A stretch of DNA of 64,000 bases from Bacteroidales bacterium UBA7569 (lineage in GTDB: Bacteria; Bacteroidota; Bacteroidia; Bacteroidales; Paludibacteraceae): the NCBI GenBank assembly GCA_002477945.1, contig DLLF01000033.1, forward strand, positions 45,316-109,315, in the 5' to 3' direction. Below the pieces are notes generated by a model that had not been told where the DNA came from, did not search any database, and saw only the letters and a program-made list of their open reading frames with translations. A program made the translations under genes and the position numbers. Positions 57,639 through 64,000 of this stretch are shown in pieces (the first letter of the stretch is position 1; every line of letters starts with the position of its first letter).

Positions 57639-60600
57639 TGAATACCATGAAACGATATCTTTTAGTGGTGGTCACCACTTTGTTGGCTCTGCCTTTTGCC
57701 AATGCTTCCGACCTCACGGGCAAGCGTATCTATGTCAATCCCGGACACGGCTCATTCGGATCCGATGACCGTCCTATGGCGACCATTCCTTATCCTGCAT
57801 TGTCATCCACAGGTATGCCCGATACATGCGGTTTCTATGAGACGAACACCAACCTTTGGAAGTGTCTCTACCTCGGCAAGAAACTTGAGGCTGCAGGTGC
57901 CACCGTCCTTTATTCCCGCACGGAATGTGGTCCCTGGCCTTATGCAAAAGTGAACGGACAGTATCCTGATTACACCCCAGAAGGCTATAAGGCTTTACCC
58001 GATTACGCCCAATACAATCGCAAACTGAGTGAAATCTGCGAAGAAGTGGAAGCCAATAATATCGACTACTTCATTTCCGTCCACTCCAATGCGGCTACTG
58101 AGGGTTCAAATACCAATTACCCGTTGGTTATCTATCGCGGTTATGATGACATAACCAAGACATCCGAAGATGGTGCTAACACGTATGTAGAGGGCAGCCG
58201 TGAAAAGGCTGAGGCTGTTTGGGCATACCGTTTTGGTATTATGGCAAGTGGCATAGACCCTGCTTCATCCTACTCAATCACCAACAAGAATATCCGTGGT
58301 GACTTTGATTTCTACTTGAAGAATAACAAAACTACTCGTACAGACCCCGTAACGGGCAATGCATACAAAGGCTACCTAAGTGTACTGAAACATGGTGCTC
58401 CAGGCTTCTTGGTAGAGGGCTATTTCCATACCTATCAGCCGGCACGCCACCGCGCATTGAACCACGACTATTGCCACCAAGAGGGCTTGGCATACTATCG
58501 TGGTATCGTGGACTACTATGGGGCTGACAAAGAGACAACGGGCTACATTATGGGTACCGTCAAAGACCTGCATCGCAAGATGAGCAACCCGCTGTTCAAT
58601 TATGCACCCAAGACCAACGACCAGTGGATACCTTGCAACGGCGCAGAGGTCACACTGCTCAAGGGCGGTGTAGAGGTGGCTAAATACAATGTGGACACGC
58701 TGTACAACGGCATCTTCGTATTCGAGAACCTCATCCCGGGTGATGACTACACCTTGGACGCTACTTGCAAAGGCTACAATCCTTTGACCGACGACCAGAA
58801 AGTAAAGTTCTCGGTGAAAGCCAACGAGACCACCTATCAGATGATTTACCTGTCCGACACCTCGTATGTGCCGCCCACGGTAACCTACTACAACTACCCC
58901 GAGCCTGAGCAGCCTGCTTACCTGCAGTTGGCAGGCACATACGAGATGAAGCAGTCCTTTATTGGCAAGAAGTTGGCAGATGTATTGGTGGGCAAGACCG
59001 TTCGCCGCGTACTCTACCGCAATGGCAATATGTACATCTTGGCTATTGATGCTGCCAAGGATCCTACCCTTATAGAGGTGGATGCCGAGAAGCAGACCGT
59101 ACTCCATACCCTGCCCACAGACTTCTGTTCGGTAGTCTCTGCCGACGGTTACAAACTGAGCGACATCACCTTCACCGCCGACGGCTACTTGGTAGGTTGC
59201 AATATGGAGCATACTACGTTTACTCCTGCTAACAAGTGGAATATCTATAAGTGGGAGTCTGATGCTACAGGGTGGGAAGGTGCGTTGTGGTTCAACAATA
59301 CCAACAATGAGGCAGCCGGCAACTACTCTAATGCAATGGTTGGTTCCACATTGGCATACTCGGGAACAACAGAGGATGGTATGATTGCTTCCACTGCATA
59401 TACTACCGGTGCCGCTTCCCATGGTGTACGTTTTGTTATATACACTATTTACCAAAACAACTACGCAGGTGCATTGCGCAACCAACCTGCTGGCATTACC
59501 TTGACTGAATATGGTCATGATGTACAGATGGTAGTTTCACCACGTGACGACAAGAGTTTCATCTTCTCATCGCCCAATAAGAACGCCATTGAGTGGCAGG
59601 TAGTAAACACCACAAAATCCGAACCCAAAATAATGGGTACACTGCCTTTCCACACCAATGTGGCCAACTACTTCAAGTACGCACATCGTGATATAATGGT
59701 TACTCCTGCTGAGGACGCAGACGGTAAGAACATCGGCGTAGCACTCTACGACATCACCGATGGCCTTGACAAGGCTGCTCTCATTAAGACTACCAACACC
59801 ACTTTGGATGCCGCAGACGCAACCTATACGATGGCAGCGAGTGTAGTAAAGGACGCAGATATCACCTTATACTTGGTACGTGACAGTCTCATCAGCAAGT
59901 TCACCACCGTGGGTGTTGACCAACCTGCCGTTGCTTCTATTATGGCATACAACCTCAATGTGGTAGAGAGCGGAGATAACTATGTATTCTCCTTCAATGC
60001 CAACTCGGACGCCGTGAGTGCCAACCTTATCTTCTACGCAGCAGACAATACCGAAGTAGGTGCTGTAGAGTTGGCTAATGTAGTGAAAGGTGCAAACTCA
60101 TTTACCATTGCCAAGGACGAACTCCCTGGTGATGTAGGTGCTACCATGACATGGGCAGTGGAGTTGCAAGGGCAATCCATCAGCAATATCAGCACCTTGT
60201 ACAAAGCGACTTCGAAATCATTAGGTTTGACACGTCCATTCATTTCTATCAACAACTCACCTGAGTCCGAGTACTTCCAGTATCTCTACCTTATGGATAG
60301 GGTTGGGAGTTCTAAAGCAAATAGTGGGTTATATGCATTCAAGCCTGACTACACCCGTATCAACACCACTCCATATAAAGGCGGACGTGCAATGTACGGT
60401 TCTCCGTATCGTACTTTTGTGGATGACCAAGGCTACATCTGGATTTCTGACGGTTCCGATGGATACTCCAATGTGATAGTAGCAGACCCTGCTAACTTAG
60501 AAAATGGTAAGTACGAGGAATTCTTCCAAGGCACGCGTGATAAAAATGGTATCATCACCAATAATGGTGTCGAGGTAGGTTCTTCTTCGTTAGGTATATC

Positions 60601-61360
60601 CATCTATGGTACGGGCAAAGAAACGAAACTACTTTCTCTCAATGAGGATGGCGGCACATCGTTGGTGGCCAACTCTATTACCATCTACAATATTGGCACA
60701 GAAGAGGGTACTTACAAGCATTCATGGAATGAGGCTCCTTCTGCTGTAATCAAAACACAAGGTATTGTATATGACGGCTATCCACTTGGATGCACACATG
60801 GTATATGGGTGGCTTCGCGTCGTGCAGCAGGACAAAACAACACAGGTTATACTGCTCTCAAATTCTACGATTGGGAAGGAAATGAGCAAATGAACTCTGC
60901 CAAAGATCCTTATAAGGATATTATTAACGGAGGCTTTTCCGGAGCATGTGCACTGAGTACAGATGAATCCGTATTGTATTTCATTGATGGTTCCAAGCAT
61001 ATTATGGTATGGGACATTGTATGGGAAGGCAACAAGCCCGTGATGACACTGCGTTATATGTTTGATTGCGGTCTCTCATCTATTCGAGAAATGCACCTTG
61101 ACTATGCAGGCAACTTGGTATGCTCAGGAGAAGATGCAGTTGCTGTTTTCTCTCTGCCGAAGGCTGACAACACCACCATCATCCCTGCCCGCAAGGCACT
61201 GACAGTGGTTAAAAGCGGCATAGGATCTGCTATTGACGATGTGGAGAATTCTACCCATTTGGATGTGGCTCTACCGATGTACGATGTATTGGGTCGCCAA
61301 GTGGACGAAACATACAGAGGCATTGTGATCCAGAAAGGCAAGAAGTTCCTGCGCCAATAG
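57638..61360 (+). CDS. N-acetylmuramoyl-L-alanine amidase (Amidase_3) domain protein with CarboxypepD_reg-like domain, long unknown region and T9SS sorting tail
   Basis: 1240 aa with signal peptide. Amidase_3 pattern IYVNPGHGSFG...ETNTNL...ISVHSNA. GTVKD...VTLLKGG...FVFENL resembles a carboxypeptidase-regulatory fold. C-terminus PMYDVLGRQVDETYRGIVIQKGKKFLRQ. Start overlaps the upstream stop (TAATG). Confidence 0.7.
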   Translation: MNTMKRYLLVVVTTLLALPFANASDLTGKRIYVNPGHGSFGSDDRPMATIPYPALSSTGMPDTCGFYETNTNLWKCLYLGKKLEAAGATVLYSRTECGPWPYAKVNGQYPDYTPEGYKALPDYAQYNRKLSEICEEVEANNIDYFISVHSNAATEGSNTNYPLVIYRGYDDITKTSEDGANTYVEGSREKAEAVWAYRFGIMASGIDPASSYSITNKNIRGDFDFYLKNNKTTRTDPVTGNAYKGYLSVLKHGAPGFLVEGYFHTYQPARHRALNHDYCHQEGLAYYRGIVDYYGADKETTGYIMGTVKDLHRKMSNPLFNYAPKTNDQWIPCNGAEVTLLKGGVEVAKYNVDTLYNGIFVFENLIPGDDYTLDATCKGYNPLTDDQKVKFSVKANETTYQMIYLSDTSYVPPTVTYYNYPEPEQPAYLQLAGTYEMKQSFIGKKLADVLVGKTVRRVLYRNGNMYILAIDAAKDPTLIEVDAEKQTVLHTLPTDFCSVVSADGYKLSDITFTADGYLVGCNMEHTTFTPANKWNIYKWESDATGWEGALWFNNTNNEAAGNYSNAMVGSTLAYSGTTEDGMIASTAYTTGAASHGVRFVIYTIYQNNYAGALRNQPAGITLTEYGHDVQMVVSPRDDKSFIFSSPNKNAIEWQVVNTTKSEPKIMGTLPFHTNVANYFKYAHRDIMVTPAEDADGKNIGVALYDITDGLDKAALIKTTNTTLDAADATYTMAASVVKDADITLYLVRDSLISKFTTVGVDQPAVASIMAYNLNVVESGDNYVFSFNANSDAVSANLIFYAADNTEVGAVELANVVKGANSFTIAKDELPGDVGATMTWAVELQGQSISNISTLYKATSKSLGLTRPFISINNSPESEYFQYLYLMDRVGSSKANSGLYAFKPDYTRINTTPYKGGRAMYGSPYRTFVDDQGYIWISDGSDGYSNVIVADPANLENGKYEEFFQGTRDKNGIITNNGVEVGSSSLGISIYGTGKETKLLSLNEDGGTSLVANSITIYNIGTEEGTYKHSWNEAPSAVIKTQGIVYDGYPLGCTHGIWVASRRAAGQNNTGYTALKFYDWEGNEQMNSAKDPYKDIINGGFSGACALSTDESVLYFIDGSKHIMVWDIVWEGNKPVMTLRYMFDCGLSSIREMHLDYAGNLVCSGEDAVAVFSLPKADNTTIIPARKALTVVKSGIGSAIDDVENSTHLDVALPMYDVLGRQVDETYRGIVIQKGKKFLRQ

Positions 61361-61423
61361 GGGACAATACCCCATATATGGTTGAGAGATAAAGAAGAAC
61401 TCCTTGTTATCTTCAATCGATGA

Positions 61424-61465
61424 GAAACAGGGGTGTGTACGGAAACCAGTACACACCCCTGTTTC
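61424..61465 (+). terminator. 17-bp perfect hairpin downstream of the amidase gene
   Basis: gaaacaggggtgtgtac-ggaaacca-gtacacacccctgtttc, 64 nt after the stop. No clear U tract. Confidence 0.5.
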
Positions 61466-61587
61466 CATATACAAACGATTATGGCAAACCATCAGAAGAG
61501 TTGCGCAGACAGGATGTTCCGCCAGGTCGCGATTGTCGTGACGGAGTTGTGCCACCCATAGACAGTATTTCTTTTGAGAGAGAAGCA

Positions 61588-61619
61588 TTTGCAGCAATGG
61601 CGGGAAATGGTTACATTTG
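61588..61619 (+). promoter_or_regulatory. -33 TTTG / -7 TACATTTG promoter (dgt)
   Basis: TTTG at 61588-91 and TACATTTG at 61612-19 with a 20-nt spacer. ATG at 61652. Confidence 0.5.
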
Positions 61620-61651
61620 CGTGATAAAACAATGAAATGAAAGGAACAGTT

Positions 61652-62977
61652 ATGCAATGGGAACAACTCTTAACCACTATCCGATTCGGACAAGAGGAAT
61701 GGTATAATCCGTCGGTCGGTCATGATGCCCGCACCGAATTCCAGAGAGATTTTGACCGTCTTATTTTTTCCGCACCTTTCAGACGTTTGCAGAACAAGAC
61801 ACAAGTATTTCCTCTTCCCGGTTCCATATTCGTTCATAACCGCCTTACACACAGTTTGGAGGTTTCCTGTGTGGGCAGATCATTAGGGAACAGGGTATCC
61901 AGCGCATTAAAAGGGATATATCCTCTCCGTGGATCGCAATTGGACTTGATCGGTCCAATTGTTTCGGCAGCATGTTTGGCTCATGATATGGGTAATCCTC
62001 CTTTCGGTCATTCCGGTGAGCAGGCAATAGGTACATATTTCTCAGAAGGGGAAGGGCAGATATGGAAGGACATATTATCTGAAAACCAGTGGTCAGACTG
62101 CATTCATTTTGAGGGCAATGCCAATGTTTTCCGACTGCTTACCCACCAATTCCAAGGCCGAAGGAGAGGAGGTTTTGTACTGACATACAGTACGCTTGCT
62201 TCCATTGTGAAATATCCTTATCTTTCGGTACTTTCGCCAAAAGGCAAATTCGGTTTCTTTGACTCGGACAAAGACAATTACCGGATCATAGCCTCCCAAT
62301 TGGGTATTCCTCTTGCCGACGGCAAGGAAGGAATGTATGCACGTTTTCCGTTGGTTTATCTTGTGGAAGCCGCGGACGATATTTGCTATCAGATTATGGA
62401 TATAGAAGATGCAACGAAACTGAGAATACTGACAGTCGATGAAACAAAGGATTTGCTTTTAGGGTTCTTTCCGTCTCCCCGCAAGGATAAGATTTTGAAA
62501 ACGATGGCATTTGTTGATGATACGAATGAACAGATTGCTTATTTGCGTTCTTGTGTGATTGGGTGTTTGGTGGATAGTTGTACCGATGTTTTCATGGAGA
62601 ACGAGGAAACAATTATGCGTGGTGATTTTACGGGGTCACTTATCAAACATATAGAAACTCCCATAGCAGAGGCTTATGCCCGTTGTGCGGATGTGTCGAG
62701 AGCAAAGATTTATCGTTCGCAGGAAGTGTTGGATGTGGAATTAGCCGGTTATAAAATCATATCCACCTTAATGAATGAATTGGTGGAGGCCGCATTTCAC
62801 CCGAACAAAGCCTATTCAAGGCAGTTATTGCAACGTATTCCGGCGCAGTATTCCATCAATTCGGAAGTTCCTTACTTGAAGTTACAGGCAATGTTGGATT
62901 ACATATCGGGTATGACGGATGTCTATGCGCTTGACCTGTATCAGAAAATAACAGGTATGAGTCTGCCTGCCATATAA
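61652..62977 (+). CDS. dgt: dGTP triphosphohydrolase family (HD-domain) protein
   Basis: About 441 aa from ATG 61652. RTEFQRDFDRLIFSAPFRRLQNKTQVF, HNRLTHSLEV and AHDMGNPPFGH motifs. Confidence 0.88.
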   Translation: MQWEQLLTTIRFGQEEWYNPSVGHDARTEFQRDFDRLIFSAPFRRLQNKTQVFPLPGSIFVHNRLTHSLEVSCVGRSLGNRVSSALKGIYPLRGSQLDLIGPIVSAACLAHDMGNPPFGHSGEQAIGTYFSEGEGQIWKDILSENQWSDCIHFEGNANVFRLLTHQFQGRRRGGFVLTYSTLASIVKYPYLSVLSPKGKFGFFDSDKDNYRIIASQLGIPLADGKEGMYARFPLVYLVEAADDICYQIMDIEDATKLRILTVDETKDLLLGFFPSPRKDKILKTMAFVDDTNEQIAYLRSCVIGCLVDSCTDVFMENEETIMRGDFTGSLIKHIETPIAEAYARCADVSRAKIYRSQEVLDVELAGYKIISTLMNELVEAAFHPNKAYSRQLLQRIPAQYSINSEVPYLKLQAMLDYISGMTDVYALDLYQKITGMSLPAI

Positions 62978-63003
62978 GTTGCGAAATGATAGTAGAATAC
63001 AGG

Positions 63004-63040
63004 AAAAACACCTGATGAAATCGGGTGTTTTCTTTCTTTG
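63004..63040 (+). terminator. intrinsic terminator of dgt (shared gap with convergent glgB)
   Basis: Stem aaaacacctga/tcgggtgtttt (one G-U pair), loop tgaaa, then a ctttctttg T-run. Confidence 0.75.
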
Positions 63041-63093
63041 TCAGTGTTGCATACCGCGATAGTGGCACAGCAATGTTCCGTACTCATATTCCT

Positions 63094-64000
63094 TTAATCC
63101 ATTTTCTTAAGTACGATTGCGCTTCGGGCAGGGATATACAATTTGAGCCATCCTTTGTGATCCGCCTTATAGAGGGGATCGTATTGTGTGAAATGCTCCA
63201 CTTTATCATCAGAGAGTCCGAAGCCGGCAAACTCTTTGGCGTCGGTGTTGAGCAGGGTGGTATATTTGCCTTCCGGTGCCAGAATACCATAGTCGGAAAA
63301 TGATTTCTCCCCATTCCAATTGAAAACAAAAACCAATTCTCCACGCCGGTAGGCAATAATTTGGTCTCCTTCGTTATCGCAAAGCGTGTAGATCCATGGC
63401 AGGTGTTTCCCATTTTTATCGGAAACAGCGTGCAGGTGTTCTTTCAGCAGGTGTACCATGGCAGCATCGAACCGATTTAAGTCGTGATAATAGAAATCGG
63501 GGTTATCCACGAGGCTCCATTGACGTCGTGCATACTTGTAACTCCACCCGTTACCTTCACGGGGGAAGTCGATCCACTCGGGATGTCCGAATTCGTTCCC
63601 CATGAAGTTGAGATAGCCTCCATTGATAGTAGATGCTGTTATGAGCCGTATCATTTTATGCAATGCTATTCCCCGATCCACCATATAGGTGTTGGAACCA
63701 TGCTGCATGTGCCAATACATTTCGGCATCAATAAGACGGAAAATGATGGTTTTGTCACCGACCAATGCCTGATCGTGGCTTTCTGCATAGGAGATTGTTT
63801 TCTCGTCCTGTCGCCGGTTGGTCATTTCGTAGAGTATATGCCCTACTTTCCAATCTTCGTCTTTTACTTCTTTGATGTATTTAATCCAAAAGTCCGGAAT
63901 TCCCATTGCCAATCGATAGTCGAACCCCATTCCCCCGTCTTTGACGGGTGTTGCCAGTCCTGGCATACCGGACATTTCCTCCGCAATGGTGATAGCATGC
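63094..64000 (-). CDS. glgB: 1,4-alpha-glucan branching enzyme (GH13), C-terminal part; 5' end beyond window
   Basis: Frame stays open to base 64000 (..HAITIAEEMSGMPGLATPV..). GFDYRLAMGIPDFWIK and ESHDQALVGDKT are typical of GH13 branching enzymes. Confidence 0.8.
   Translation of the reverse strand, partial: HAITIAEEMSGMPGLATPVKDGGMGFDYRLAMGIPDFWIKYIKEVKDEDWKVGHILYEMTNRRQDEKTISYAESHDQALVGDKTIIFRLIDAEMYWHMQHGSNTYMVDRGIALHKMIRLITASTINGGYLNFMGNEFGHPEWIDFPREGNGWSYKYARRQWSLVDNPDFYYHDLNRFDAAMVHLLKEHLHAVSDKNGKHLPWIYTLCDNEGDQIIAYRRGELVFVFNWNGEKSFSDYGILAPEGKYTTLLNTDAKEFAGFGLSDDKVEHFTQYDPLYKADHKGWLKLYIPARSAIVLKKMD

Noticed and set aside
61466-61611. GC-rich structured-looking leader upstream of dgt as a riboswitch or small RNA (SRP/6S-like)
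   Set aside because: There is no match to conserved cores I can recall, such as SRP domain IV or the RNase P, tmRNA or 6S architectures. It contains only a 7-bp hairpin, and the predicted dgt promoter lies downstream of it.
61652-62977. dGTPase as an anti-phage nucleotide-depletion defence gene
   Set aside because: It has a housekeeping-type Dgt architecture and sits between core genes. There are no neighbouring defence, mobile or toxin genes, so nothing distinguishes it from the chromosomal housekeeping paralogue.

Overview
This window reads as chromosomal DNA from a T9SS-positive Bacteroidales bacterium. Support for that placement: TTTG/TAnnTTTG promoter boxes sit in front of many genes, there is a PorZ-like gene, and several secreted proteins carry T9SS C-terminal sorting tails. 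I call 49 protein genes (two truncated at the window edges) and one tRNA(CAT). Most are housekeeping: dprA, folE, rdgB, uxaBA, glycerate kinase, dacB, birA, metG, recJ-tdk-priA, serB, rfbB, tsaC, potABCD, aspA, ychF, adk-obg-xseB, dgt and glgB. Accessory content consists of a Wzy/EpsG plus four-GT2 glycan cluster, a WbaP-like initiating transferase, two tandem large secreted proteins, and a GHL10-like / PD40 / Amidase_3 secreted trio. I found no CRISPR array, rRNA, transposase, integrase, prophage or recognisable defence island. The least explained signal is non-coding. Each of the six largest intergenic gaps holds one array of 4-5 degenerate 11-bp tandem units (consensus roughly aAsSAsmCCTs), and all six arrays share one orientation. 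I do not recognise this as a described repeat or RNA family. Other points worth a second look are a Cys-rich 76-aa putative lipoprotein, a PotD with a C-terminal membrane anchor, a PotA with a duplicated C-terminal module, a type-B-CTD lamin-tail protein, and some long perfect hairpins. All coordinates and motif matches were worked out by hand. Domain names come from remembered family signatures, not from searches.
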